Origin: Oikopleura dioica
Taxonomy: Eukaryota; Animalia; Chordata
DNA: 64,000 bases
Assembly: GCA_907165135.1 (NCBI GenBank)
Contig: OU015568.1
Coordinates: forward strand, 10,416,001 to 10,480,000
Direction of reading: 5' to 3'
This document shows positions 1-15,027 of this stretch, in pieces. The notes beneath the pieces were generated by a model. That model saw nothing but the letters and a program-made list of their open reading frames with translations, had not been told where the DNA came from and ran no database searches. The first letter of the stretch is position 1, and every line of letters begins with the position of its first letter. The translations under genes were made by a program, and so were the position numbers.

Positions 1-2414
<2,414 letters not shown>

Positions 2415-2746
2415 AGTGGTAGGAGCAGGTCCGTCTCTGTCTAATAGGTATCGACTCGTAAATGAAAATATTCTTTGCTACAGTTCAAGACAGAATCGAA
2501 GTAAGTTAGACTAGCCTAGATAAGTTTAAACTGTCCCTAAGGGAGGAGCTGTGAATAGTTCTAGGAAGAATTCTCAACATGCCATGTTCTGAAATGACTT
2601 TGACATTTGAAAGGCTATTTTTAAAAAAATAATTTATTCAGTAAGAAAAGTAGAGTTTTGTCAAAAACAACAATGTACAATAAAAATATGGGGAAAAATA
2701 AATAAAGGGCAATCACAAATAAGGATAAAAATGATTGGACAGGAGG

Positions 2747-4078
2747 TCAAATGTAAGGAACAAAAGAGCAGTCAGAGAGCAACTGTCGCCTTTCCAAGAT
2801 TGTGAGCAAAAATCGAGTTTCACTTAATAATCTGACACCGTATGATTCGATCATTTGGAGCACTAAATCCTCTGGACTTGACAGAACAATGCATTTAATT
2901 GAACTTGACTTTACCAAGAAGCGGTTGATTGTTTCAAGCGCTTCCTCAATGACGACTTTTGAGAGATCGATGAATCTAAGACCCGTTTGCCTCTGTAAAA
3001 TAAAATCAAGAGCCTTCCCACAAACATTTGTCCTCGAGACATCAAGGTCTAGCAGACTTCTTGTTCGCAGGGTTTCTAGTCCTTTTGAAGTAATTCTATT
3101 TTGTGAAAGATTTAAAGCAACTAGTGTCTTTGGAAGCAACACTAAATCATTGTCAGTTAATTTACACATTTCCACATCTAGCACTGTTAGATTTTCCATC
3201 TTCGAAATCGCAAGCATGAGCAAAGGATTATTATGAAAAGTATTAATGTACAACTCTTGTAGCTTTTGATGGGCTACTGGAGAGTTGAGAAATTCTCCAA
3301 GCTTCTCAGACATTCGACCTGCTGATAGTTCGGGCTGAATGCCCATTACAAGACTGTTAATATTTAAAACTGTAAGTTCAGACGGGTAGTCGGAGAGTAG
3401 AAACTTGTTGACGTGATAGGCGCGAATGATTTTATAAGTTCGTTTTGTCATGTCAAGCCAGAGCCTTTGAAGGTTGGCGGAGAATTTAGGCGAAAGAATT
3501 TTAGTAACGATTGTGTTGTTGAGTATCTGTTTGGCTTCTAACGGGGCCCTAGAGAGCTCAAGTCTGGAAACTGAGAGCTCCTGTAGATCGAGAGAAGGGA
3601 TTTCCTCAAGTTGCAGGTCACTTTCCTCGAACGGAGCCCATGTAATTTCGAGATTGGTTAGGATCAGTTTCTTGAGTTGATTTTGTTCCCCCTTTATGAA
3701 GTGTAAAAACTCCCCAAGAAATATACTACAGTGAGAAAGTTCAAGCGTAGTCAGGTAGGGGCTTATTTGAAGATGCTTTAGCGGCCATAAGTGGCCTTTA
3801 AAACTTTCAACTCTGAGGCCCTCTAAATTCTGAAAATCGATTTGCTCATCACTCTCGGGCAGTTGTTTAATAAAGTGTAACTGTCTGTGAATAAAAGTGT
3901 CGGAAAGGAATGAAAATTGAGATGATAAAACAGAAAATGTTGAAACAGTAAAATTTGTAGGAAGATATGAAGCGATTTGGAGGATGAGTTCAGAAGGCAG
4001 ATCAGGCAAACTCCTGAAAATGAGACGTTTAGGGATGGGGACGGGCGTAGTAGTTCAGGTAAAGTTGAGCGTCGTCAT
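2747..4078 (-). CDS. F-box/leucine-rich-repeat protein (start junction unresolved)
   Basis: 420-aa open frame begins LPDLPSELILQIASYL (F-box), followed by LxxLxL repeats (LVALNLSQNRIT, LLDLDVSRTNV). The nearest ATG (4078) is in frame but followed by a TGA. Confidence 0.75.
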
Positions 4079-4122
4079 ACTTGATCGGGAAAAGCAAAAG
4101 AAATACTCGAATCTAGCAGCAA

Positions 4123-6395
4123 CTAGATATCGAATATGTAATTTGGCTTGACTTTTCCCTTGTATCTAGGCCGACGTAGCTTCGTCTCCTCGTGCTCCCA
4201 TGATAATCTGGAATCAAAAATCATTTTTTGATGGCACAGATGAATGACTTTATAAGCTACACGGTACGCTAGTGTTTATCTAAGGCTACTGCAGCAGTAT
4301 TGCTCGGAATTATTACTTACGGGGCGGCGTGCTCCCAATGCCTCGAAAAGTTGCCTCGATGCGACTCCAGCAAGTCAGATTCTTTTCTTTTTCCGTATAA
4401 AACAGGAACTTGTTTCGGTCCCCTAGGCGTCTCTTTCTTGAACTCTTCAGTCAGCTTCACCTGTGCTTCGTTTACGAGCAGATGTGACTGCTTCAGAATT
4501 GAATTGCTCTTTTCCAAAATCGCCCGTAAGTTTTCGTCCATTTCTAAAGTGTCGTTTGTATCGAATGTGTTTAGCGAACAAAGGAACAAACCGTCTTCTG
4601 GGTGTGTCTTTGAAGGCATGGTGAACATAATAGGGCTATTTGGCGCTAAGTCGCGTAGGGATAGTGTTTCAGCGCGTTCTGAAAGCTCCTCGCCAGCTTC
4701 ATTTTCTGAAGGTTATTTTTATAGACGAGAAATTGTCTACTTTCTCATGTGCTAGGCGAACTCTGATCCTTATTTTCGTATTGTCTTACCAGGATTTGAG
4801 AGGTGATATGACCCAGATTTAACTGAAGACAAGTTTGATGATTTTCGTGAAGACTTCGAAGATGAAGACGACGAGGAGGAAGACGAGGAGGAGGATTTTT
4901 GAATTGTGTCATCAAAATTATTTTCGATATTTAAAGATATCGAGGAAGTAGGTGAGAGGAAAGAGAGACTTTGAGGCTGTTGAACTGGAGCGAGGGAGTT
5001 TTCAGTTTGTTCACGCGCCGAGACAAGTTCACGGTAGTTTTTGATGGATGCCTGACTGATTGGTCGACTTGAGAGGACATCAGACTGTACTTCTCCATTA
5101 ATCTGAGTCGCCTTGGGCGAGTCACGAGCGGATGAGACCGAAGCTCGTGGGGTGTTGTTTTCGGCTGGTTCTTCAGTGACTTCCTTCTTGTTGAAAAGAT
5201 CTTCGACATCGTCAACTGTAGCAAATGATCTAGGACTATCCTGTGCTTCACTTTGGTCTTTATAAGAGCCACTCATCAATCTCGGTGCAATGAAAGCTTC
5301 TGCAGCCGGCATACTCACAGCAACTGGCGGATCTTCATCCAGCAGAACGGAAGACGAGCTCTTCAATACGTTATCATCAGTTTTGTCTATTGTTTCTTCT
5401 TCTTCCTCTTCAAAGATCGCTTCAGTGGGCTCGCTTTTGTGTTCAATGATGATATTTTCCAGGGAAATTTGTTCGTCGACATCATTTTCCTTGTCATCTT
5501 GCGCTCTAGGGCTTCCATCAGGAGCAGGTGATGAAGTAACTTGGGGTTGATCAAGCTGATCAATAGATTCTGATGAAGGAGAAGCGGTTTTAGGTCTGGG
5601 TGTTGAACATTTTGTCGATTGTTCTTCAATTTCATCAATGACTTCACTATTTTCCCTAGAAATACTTTTAGAAATTCCTTTTAGGCGAGATATTTACTTT
5701 GAGAGGTCACTCAATTGTTGACTTTCGTCAGCAGCACCATTTTCTTTATCGGCAATCGTTGAATCGTCTCTTTTTTCCTCTTCAGCTTCATTTTGAGCGC
5801 CCAGGCTGGATTCCACTATCTCGGGCGACTGCGGCGTGCTATTGGTCAGTTCTTCTTGTACCAATTCCTCAACATCATTTACATTTGCGAAGGACCTTGG
5901 CGAGTCTGCACAATCATCAGCAGGATCCTCCGGGATCGCGGGGTTCGATTCCACTCGATTCAATCCCACATTTTCCTCTGGCCGATGTGTTAACAGTACG
6001 AGATCGTCACTATCAGAGGACGCAGCTTCTTCCGCTTTCGAATCTGCTGCCAGATGGTCTACGGGAGTGCACGATCGCAGACGTGACATTCGGTCGTTGA
6101 GGGAGGATTCGAAGGCTTCTCTTTCTCGTTGTTCTCGATCGCTGATAGATTCGATGGTGTATGTTCTACTTGTGTTTAGTTCATCCGCATGTTCTGGTTC
6201 CACTTGAATACTGCGAATTGACGTTAGATATTAAATATTACGAAATGGAAAATACCTTTCTCGTGTAGGATTGTTCTGAAGCGAGTCAGGCGAGTGCGGT
6301 GGAATCTGTCTGACTTGCTCCTGCTGCTGAAAGTATTTCTGTCTTTTCGATGCGATATCCCTTCGCTTTGTCGTTCTCGGCGTTTCTTTTTCCAT
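4123..6395 (-). CDS. Large acidic/Ser-rich, mostly disordered protein with C-terminal coiled coil
   Basis: ATG at 6395 follows a catccag acceptor. ORFs 5694-6203, 4770-5366 and 4317-4628 join via GT-AG introns; last exon is SWEHEETKLRRPRYKGKVKPNYIFDI*. Confidence 0.6.
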
Positions 6396-6443
6396 TCTGA
6401 ATCATCAGAATGGTACAAACTGGATGAACGGAAAATGGAAAAG

Positions 6444-7331
6444 TTAGAGCTTTACCAAACTCTCTGCTTTCTGCAGCTTTATATTTTCAAAACCAGGTAG
6501 TGCTGGTAGATCTTCAATATTCTCAACCTTATGAAATTGATAGCCTAGAATAATATCGTGTACATCGAAAACAGTCGGATCATCTTCGATATCAGGATCA
6601 ATGAAGAAAAATACGGGCATTTCTACAGTTTCACCGGGATAGAGAATTTGTTCTTCAAAGCAAAAGCACTGGATTTTATTAAAATACGGGCCCATTTCGT
6701 AGGGATTGATATTGTAGGTAGATACGCCGACTATTGGGTAATCTGTTTTGTTCGTCGCTTCATAAAAGGCAAGGGCAGTTTCGCCAGGATACGTGATAAT
6801 CTGGTCTTGACAGGGCTTGAAATCCCACGGAAGATCCGTATCAGTTCTTGAATATTATTAAATCTCCATTTTTGAAGGATAAAGTCGACTTACGTTCCGT
6901 GAAACTTGACAATCAATGGATGATCATAAATCGGCTCCATACTTTTGACTTTATTCTCATCAACACTGTGCGTTTTATCGCCGACAAAAGCGGAAAACCA
7001 AGAAGTTTGATCCGATTCGCAGAAAACGCGCCACATCGGCACACTCCAAAAGGTTAGCCCCCAGAAGAAGAACACGAGTGAGAGCATGTAGTTGATCGCG
7101 CTTGCTGTTCTCAGCTTGCTTTCTTCGGCGCTTCTAATTCCTGGCATTGCTCTGGCAAGACGCTGGAGAATGATGGATTATACAAGTTTAACAACAACCA
7201 AAGCTGCTCACCTTTGATACTGTTGGAATTAACTTTGATGCTTCACTCAAGGTAACACGTGACTGAGCAGCGATCAAGGTGCGTCTAAGGATAACGCTTG
7301 ATCCTCTGTTTATCATTATTTGACCGATCAT
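6444..7331 (-). CDS. COX11: Cytochrome c oxidase copper chaperone COX11
   Basis: Arg/Ser-rich presequence MIGQIMINRGSSVILRRTL, TM segment with VPMWRVFC, LPWDFKP, and YFNKIQCFCFEEQ...EMPVFFFIDP (CFCF copper motif). Confidence 0.95.
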
Positions 7332-7655
7332 GTTTGTCTAGGAGACGATTTGGACTAGCGCTTATTATTATTATAAATGTTAGTTTTGAAACTAAGCGAG
7401 GATGCGAATAGCTGGCAGAGTAGAGGCTTGACAAGAGGAAATATATAAATAGACATTTTATTTTTTCTTGCTTCATTTTCTCCATCATTATAAACATGTC
7501 GGAATGGTGGTGGAAGTAAAAATAGCGCCGTTAAAAATTGCCTAGGCATTTTTTTTTGAGATCGTCAGAGGAAAGAAAACGAAGTAATGTATTGTTATAA
7601 AAATGAGTTTCAGCAGATTCTCCGTAAGGGTATAGGGATGAAAAAGGGTTATGCT

Positions 7656-8329
7656 TAGGGTCAGCGCGCGAAAAATCAGCCTCTTGAAACCTTTGAAGTG
7701 AAGGTCTGAAACTTTGGGACAATCGAGTTTTTGGACAAACGAAAAAAATTCGTTTTGAAATTTTTTTGGTCTGGCCACATGATCACGTGATACAGGCCCT
7801 CGAAAAGCTTGAAAAGCTCGTCAAGCTTGATCCCCTTATCACAGGTGATTACTTTATCGCTCAGAAGAAAGAGCTCAAAAAGTACTTCTGAATGGATGAG
7901 AAAAATTCTTGGGCCCGCGATCATGTGAGTCCGCATGGAGAGTTTTAACGTGAAAAATGACCCTTTTTGTAGCATATTTTGACAGAAATCACCCAATGAT
8001 GTCCATTTTTTACCCGAATTTCACCCATTTCGAGGCCTTCTCTTGCTTCTAGCGCCTAAACTACAATCGGGCCCAAAAATATTTTTGACTTTCTAGGTAG
8101 TACTCTTTATGCTCTTTCTTTTGAGCTATCATGTGATCGACTACAACCAGGGGATCGAGCTCGTCAAGCTTTTCTAGGTTTTCGAGGGCCTGTATCACGT
8201 GATCACTTGACTAGACCAAAAAATTTTCTGTTACAATTTTTTTGATTCGCTAAAAACCTATATTGTCCCGAAGTTTCAGCCCTTTACCTCAAGGGGTTCT
8301 GCATGCTGATTTTTCACGCGCTGGCCCTA
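7656..8329. mobile_element. hAT-type MITE with long imperfect terminal inverted repeats
   Basis: Ends TAGGGTCAGCGCG...CGCGCTGGCCCTA; arms match for >200 bp including atcacgtgatacaggccctcgaaaa; 8-bp direct repeat GTTATGCT at 7648-7655 and 8330-8337. Confidence 0.88.
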
Positions 8330-8384
8330 GTTATGCTTCGGAACAGAAGAGAGATAGAAAATGAGAGTTAGCGGTTTCTTGATT

Positions 8385-9289
8385 TTACTTTTTGACAGTT
8401 GAGGCTGTAAAGGAAATGTCGGAAGCGGAAGAGAGCACTGGATGCTCGCTCCAGTTGCTGTTCGTCCCAGTGACACTCGCATCTGGCACGGGATTATAGC
8501 CGCGGATCTTCTTCAACGTCTTGAGGAACTCTTTGGAGCTGGGCGCAACGAATTTCCGCGGGCCGAATGCCGTGAAAGCTACGCCAGCGATGATTCCATC
8601 TGTCAGCTGCTCATAATCGAAGAAAACTAAATTCGTATGTAACTTCCTTTCATTCGATATGAGTTTGTTACCATCAAGGACTTTTTCGTAGAGTGCGATC
8701 TTCTGCTGATCAATTTGCTCTTCCCACAAGAGTCGGTCAAGATCAGCAGCGAGTTTTCTACACTTTGATTCTCCTTCCTCAAGCTCCTTCAGCTCGAGAT
8801 AATCCTCGTGCAGGGCGTTTCTGAGTAAATTTAACTTCCCTGATAGATTTTCAGAATCATCGCCATAGAAACGAACTCTGTTTTTACGACTGTTTTTGAC
8901 TTACATTTCGCTTTCAAGAGTCTGTGAGGCTTCCTCAACCGCATTCTCGAGTCGCTCCGCCTTCTTTCGCGATTCAGTGATTTGGAGAGAAAAGTCAGAA
9001 AGCTCTTTTTGCGCGCTGAAAATATTTTAAACGCAAACATTCGCGAGAAAATTCTTGCGCTGTTACGCAAGCGGCTATTCACTCAATTTACTGACCCGTG
9101 GAGGTCTTCCTTCATCTCCGCGACGTATCTTCGAATGATTTCGAGCTTTTCCTTTCTGCTTTCGTTGGCTTGTGCGAGTCGCTCCTCCAGATGCGAGTTG
9201 GCTTCTGACTTCGGAGCGCGGAAGCTGCGTTCCGTCAACTCGAGTCCCGTCAGACCGGAAGCATCAAAAGTGCGGTTTGAGCGGTTCAT
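8385..9289 (-). CDS. Coiled-coil protein with small C-terminal globular domain, Spc24-like candidate
   Basis: ATG directly after ttgttttag|a; three exons with long heptad segments, then KLHTNLVFFDYEQLTDGIIAGV, resembling the Spc24 RWD start (human LYHQVSKIEWDYECEPGMVKGI, from memory). Confidence 0.45.
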
Positions 9290-9393
9290 TCTAAAACAAA
9301 TGCACTTACAATCGATTCCGAGGTCATCTGCGGTCACATGAGGGCCCATACAAAAAGCACCAATAAATAGCGACATTCTAGAGACGACGTCAA

Positions 9394-9475
9394 GCTGCGA
9401 TGGCCGAGTGGTTAAGGCGAGAGATTAGAAATCTCTTGGGGTCTCCCCGCGCAGGTTCGAATCCTGTTCGCAGCG
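9394..9475 (+). tRNA. tRNA-Ser(AGA)
   Basis: 82 nt: GCTGCGA acceptor stem pairs with TCGCAGC, A box TGGCCGAGTGG, anticodon arm AGAGA-TT-AGA-AA-TCTCT, long variable arm, B box GGTTCGAATCC, T-run terminator just downstream. Confidence 0.97.
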
Positions 9476-9556
9476 AACTTTTTGAACTTTATTTTTTTTC
9501 GAACTGTAATTTACAGTAATGGTGAACATGTGGTTGGCATCATCAGCAGTGAGTGA

Positions 9557-12500
9557 TCAGTTACCCGTGGTGTACAGCGAGGCAGCAAAGACGATATCGC
9601 GTTTTACGGCTTCGGAGCATTGTTCCAATTTCGAAGTGGTGGAAAAATCGCCGACTGTTCTCGCTCCGTTTCTCACTTCGCGACAGAGCTCTTCCAGTCT
9701 CTAAAATTGGGTATCAGCTTTTTTAGTGGTTAAAAAGACTACCTGTATGCATCTGACAATGACTCCCTCTTGAATATCCGTCATTCGCATGATATCCCTG
9801 AAGGACTCGCCACTCGCCCAGTTGAAGACGACCATACACAAGCCAAATCGCAATGGGGCAGCAGAATCGTGATCTGTTGAGAGTATTCCAAACTGAGTCT
9901 CCTTCGCTTGAACATCCTCCCAAGTGCTCTTCATCTTTTCGATCGCCTCTTGTGCCGGCTCTAAGGATGAAACGTCAGAAATGAAATCAAGGAGGACACA
10001 TTCTTACTTGGTAGCCTTTCAATAAGCTCCGTTTCGTTATCCACTTGGGATTGGAAAACGAGCGAGCTGAGAACGGCACAGAGTTCCGCTGGCTGAAGCT
10101 TTTTGAATTCAGCAGAAAGTAGCATTTCAGTAAGAAGAAGCTCATTTCCTCCACGGAATTGACAAGCAACGCGACCTTTGAGCACGACATCCCCGTGATC
10201 TCCGATATAATTCCAATGTCTTTTATTTGTTTTCAAAACATGATAAAAAATGACGAATAAAGAAGATAAAAAACAATTCCTGAGAAGATTAACGCGCGAT
10301 TTATAATCCGGCAAATGCTCCAAACTTTCTTCTGATAAGCTAAATGCTACCTCTTTATATTTCCGCCTGATTTCCATCAATTCGACCACATTTTCTAGCT
10401 CCGCAGCAAAATACGGCAGTTTAGGCGACGAGTTTTGAATCAGCCTCTCGCCAAGCGATTCTAGCATGGAAACCTTTTCCACTTGATCGACAGAGTTCAA
10501 GCCAAAATCCCTGATGAAGTTCATCGGCTCAAGTGGCTTTTCCGAAGCAGTTTTGTTCAGTAAAATCGATGCTTGATTTGCAGCGCTTCCAATTTGAAGC
10601 TTTTTGAAGTCGAATAGAATGTCTTCGTGGCGGATATTAATCGTTTCTTTGAAGATTAAAGAAACGTCTGAATAATTTTTAGATACGAATACGCTTGATT
10701 TGAATTTACCTGAAAGAGGAATTGTAACTACATCTGCTTCAAAATCGTCATCTTTTTCAAATTTGAATTCAACCAAATTACAAATTCTATAAATGGAGCT
10801 CTTCGGAATCTTTTTATTCAGAAGACAGGTCACAGTCGTTGAAGATTTTGCAAGTACAACAGCTATTCTTCTCTCTTGAACTAGAATGAGCCGTCCTGCA
10901 GACATAGCTTTTATGTTTCCTTGATTGAAGACCTCTGTCATTACGGCGCAACGAGCTTTGACCATTTCTTTTGCTGTAGAAACGTAGTCCTCGAATTCAG
11001 TTCCATCAATTTTCGCTTCCAAGTCTTTAAAATTATCTCGTTTGGCTTTGATTGCTTCTAATTCCTTGATCTGAGTCGGCTGCCCCCTCCGACCGAACTC
11101 GATAAAGCTTCTGAGCATGATATCTTCTACGCGTAAGGATCCAACGCGCAAAATGCTCAAAAGCATTCCATAGGTAAGGCGGAATTTGGATATCAGCGGA
11201 GCGGCTTTTCCGAGCATCATGTTTATTAGCTCTTGCTGGTCGGCACACTATAAACATATAACTTCAAGTTATTCAATCAGAATCGAAACCTTTTGTTGTC
11301 TTTGAACTAGAATGACCGTTCCGCATGTATCCAACCCTCTTCTACCTGCTCTTCCCGCCATTTGAATGTATTCAGAGGGAATAAGGTCGCGCATCCCCTT
11401 TCCATCATGTTTCCTGATCGAGTCAAAGAGAACACTTCGGGCAGGCATATTCACGCCCATGGCAAATGTTTCCGTAGCGAAAAGCAGCTTTACGAGGCCA
11501 CGTGCAAATAATAACTCGATCGTTTCTTTTAGAATCGGAAGGACACCTGAATGATGAACGGCGATTCCTCGTTCCAAAAGACTCTCAAGGTGGACGACTT
11601 GGGGAAGCTTCCGGTCGATAGGTTTTAGTTTTGAAGTACAGCGGCGGTAGAATAGCGCTATTTCGTTTTTCTCGCCTGGAGTTGTCAAGTTAACCCCTGT
11701 AAGCATAGCGGCATTATTGTCACATCGTTTCCTACTCAATGTGAACGCCACAGCGGGAAGTCCATCCCTTTTCTTGAGGCATTCAATAGCAGAACTCCAA
11801 ATCGCCTGATCCGAAGGTGGTTTCTTTGATTTTTTGGCATTAATTTCTTTCGCTTCTTTGGCCATTTTATAACCAGTCGGCAAGAAACGTTTTGTTTGAT
11901 CGACGATTTTGAAGAGCTGATCAGCCGTCTTTGTGGAATTGCCAGTAAATAAATAATGCTCCAATGGAACGGGGCGTTTCAAAGTACTCGTGACGAATAT
12001 TTTCCTGTTTTTGATGCGTCCCACCCAACTAGCAAACTGCTCAATGTTTGGTACTGTTGCCGAAAGGAGAATCAATCCGACATGCGCTGGAAGCATGATG
12101 AGTACTTCTTCCCAAACGACTCCTCGTTCCGCGTCATTGATGTAGTGCACCTCGTCGAAAATTACCCACTCCAGATCTCGGATTACATCTGAGCCCGCGT
12201 ACAGCATCGACCGTAGAATTTCAGTCGTCATAATGAGGCAGCCTGCCTCGGGTTTTATCTGACAATCACCAGTGAGCAAGCCAACATCTTGAAAAGTAGT
12301 TCGGAAGTCGCGGAATTTTTGGTTAGAGAGAGCCTTGATAGGAGAGGTGTAAATGACTCTTGTCATGTGTTTCGCGGACAGGGCGATTGCATATTCAGCG
12401 ACAACAGTTTTACCGGCAGAAGTATGCGCGGCAACGAAGACAGATTCATGTTTTTCCAAACAGAGAACAGCGCGTTTTTGAAAGTAATCGAGTTCGAAAG

Positions 12501-13454
12501 GCCACTTGTACGCGGGATCGGGGAGGAGCTCTGACCAGGGCTTAGAATCAACGTCGATAGTTTTATCAGCGTTTACCATGTAAACTTGTTGCTTTTCCTG
12601 GACCACTGGCGCGTCTGGGATCGACTCTTGTGATTTATCAGATGGAGGATTAACTTCTGATATATTCAGCGCATCAATAACTTCGGTAGCTTGTTCGGCA
12701 GAGTCCTCTTCTCCTGAAGCTTGTTCTGGCACTGGAGGAACTTCAGAGAGGCTTCCATCATCAGGTCTATATTTTGGAATCCAATTGAAGGTATCTTCTT
12801 GCGCTTCTTGGTTCATAATATCGTCGAGTGACATTTCATCGCCAGTCCTTTTGTCGAAATCCATGCCGAGCATTCCTGGTGGATTCTTCCTCAAATTATT
12901 CCAATCAATCATGTCATCAAAGTCAGATTTTTCCTCAATCTTCTCCTCTGGAAGATCAAAGCCTCCTGGTAAAAATGGGACACCAGTAGTAAGATTTCCA
13001 ATGACTCCCATACGATAGCCATCATTATCTTTTTGATTGGGGCGAGGTCGAGCAATACTAAATCGATCAGTGTTTTCATCTAATGATGCCTCTTCATAAC
13101 CAAGAATTTTGCCTGTTTTCCAACACCTGATTTGCCGAAATCCACGATAATCTGGGAGAGGCTCCATCCCCGACCATAATTTATTCATGTGGACCTCCCT
13201 TTCGTGATCGATAGATGGCAATTAATAGGATGATAAAATTAAGCTGGTTAAATTATAGTAAAAGATTGTATCTGTGTGAACTAAAATTCATCCCTTCACA
13301 GAAAATGGTCATCGTTTATCTCCAGAAAGGAATCAACATCATCTAGCATAGTCTTCACAGACGGCGGAAAACCAATTGGCCTACTCGGCGGGACCTCTTG
13401 CCCCAAAAGCCTCTGCACAAGGACCTCATCTTCTGCCGTCAGCTTCTCCGTCAT
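9557..13454 (-). CDS. SKIV2L: SKI2-like RNA helicase (cytoplasmic exosome cofactor)
   Basis: AHTSAGKT, DEVH, LLSAT, HHSGVLP, QMAGRAGRRG; Ski2-specific N-terminus (KTGKILGYEE, PFLPGG); C-terminal KRDIVFAASLY. Confidence 0.96.
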
Positions 13455-13645
13455 TTTTTTATAAAATTAAATACAACTCAACACATTCTAAAGTTTTCGA
13501 TAATTTATTGAAAATATAAAGTTTTTCCTGGTGAGAAAGAAAGCTGTGGCAGCAGTTTTGACAGGGCTTAAAAATGAGGTAGATAAATGAGACTTGAGTT
13601 GACTAATTGAGGGAAACTATGTTGAAGGAGCGAATAGACGAATCG

Positions 13646-14989
13646 TCATTTCGTTACAGAGCTCCGGAGCTGGCCGACTTGAGAAGGGTTGAAAATGGAA
13701 ACGGAAATGTGAAAGGGAAAATTTAGCCTTATCTTTGAACCCTCGACCTTTCGCTTGGCCTGGCGAGCCTTGTACAATTGCTGCTGCGAAATAATCCACG
13801 GAAGTGAAAAGGAATTCTCTTCGTAAGCAGGCAACTCAGCACCAAATACAGTAAGCGCTGGCTTCTCCTTTCCGACGGCAATCGCCTGTATATCGTTACC
13901 ACTTAAAATTCAGTAGGATAATTTCAGAGTGAGTTAGACCAACCTGTACAAATGTGGAGGATAAGGAAATTTCTCCTCATTGGCCTTCTCTTCTAGCCTC
14001 AGTTTTTTCTGCTGCTGCTGCGCGATTTTGTCCTTTTGGACCATTTTCCTCTCCGCGATTTCGAGTTTTGCGTGCCTTTTTTCGAAAGCACTGTCGGAGA
14101 GATCTTCTTCCGACTCTTCCCCCTCGAATTCGTCAGAGTCGATATCCAGTAATCGGAATGATTGCGTCTCGATTTCGGGCTCTAAAAATTAATAGGAGAA
14201 AATGGAACGCAAATTACCATGGTTGCTCATGTTTTCCTTGTTCTCTTCCATCAGTTGTTCTTTGATGGAATTAATATGCCCCGTAGAACATCGATGGAGC
14301 GGTTGGGCCTTCACGAACTCGCCTTCTTTGAACTTGATCGTATCTGTCGGAACGTAGAGCGATTTATCCACAAAGTCGTACTACATTTGAATAGATTTCA
14401 GTCTTACTTTGGTGAGTAACCTTTTTGAGATATTTGCTGTCGAAAACAGGTTCTTCGACGCGCCCAGGAGTACTCGACCCTGTCGATTCGCGGCCGTTTC
14501 GACGAGACGGAGGAACAGTGTATTCCGTTGGATCATCTTGGAAGTGTTGATTCTTGAGAATGGCTTCGATTTTCTTTGCGTTTTGGGCTCGCTCCCGCTG
14601 CTGTCTATGTTGTTGTCTGCGTCGAGCGTCCTTCGGTAGTTTTAACCAGGCGACGTCTTCTTCCAAGGACTTCACGCGAGATTTGAGTTCCGTATTACTT
14701 TCCTCCAAGATTGTGTTCTTATTTGTTGATTCTGCGTATTTCGCTTCCAATTCCGAGAATTTCCTTTTCCAGTCGTCCTTTTCTACTTCCAATTTCGAGT
14801 TTTTGGCCTCAAGTTCGTCTACTTTCATCCGGTACTCTTCTGACAGCCTCAAATATTTTTCCTCCGAAACCTATAAAGACGTTATATCTCGATCTATAAA
14901 TTGTTTCTTACTGTATTGCCGGGATTTGTGTTCTCATTCTTTTGAGTTGATTTCGCCAGTTTTCTAAGAGACCGCATATCCTTGTTCAT
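13646..14989 (-). CDS. MSL1: MSL1-like protein (coiled coil plus PEHE domain)
   Basis: N-terminal coiled coil; PEHE-like EDLSDSAFEKRHAKLEIAEKRK and terminal LTVFGAELPAYEENSFSLPW parallel MSL1 (DLSDAAFAKRHAKLELDEKRR ... VAFGRPLPKLTPQNFELPW). Exact stop uncertain. Confidence 0.72.
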
Positions 14990-15027
14990 TCTGAAAGGGG
15001 TAAATTAGTAACAAGAATACTTATAAA

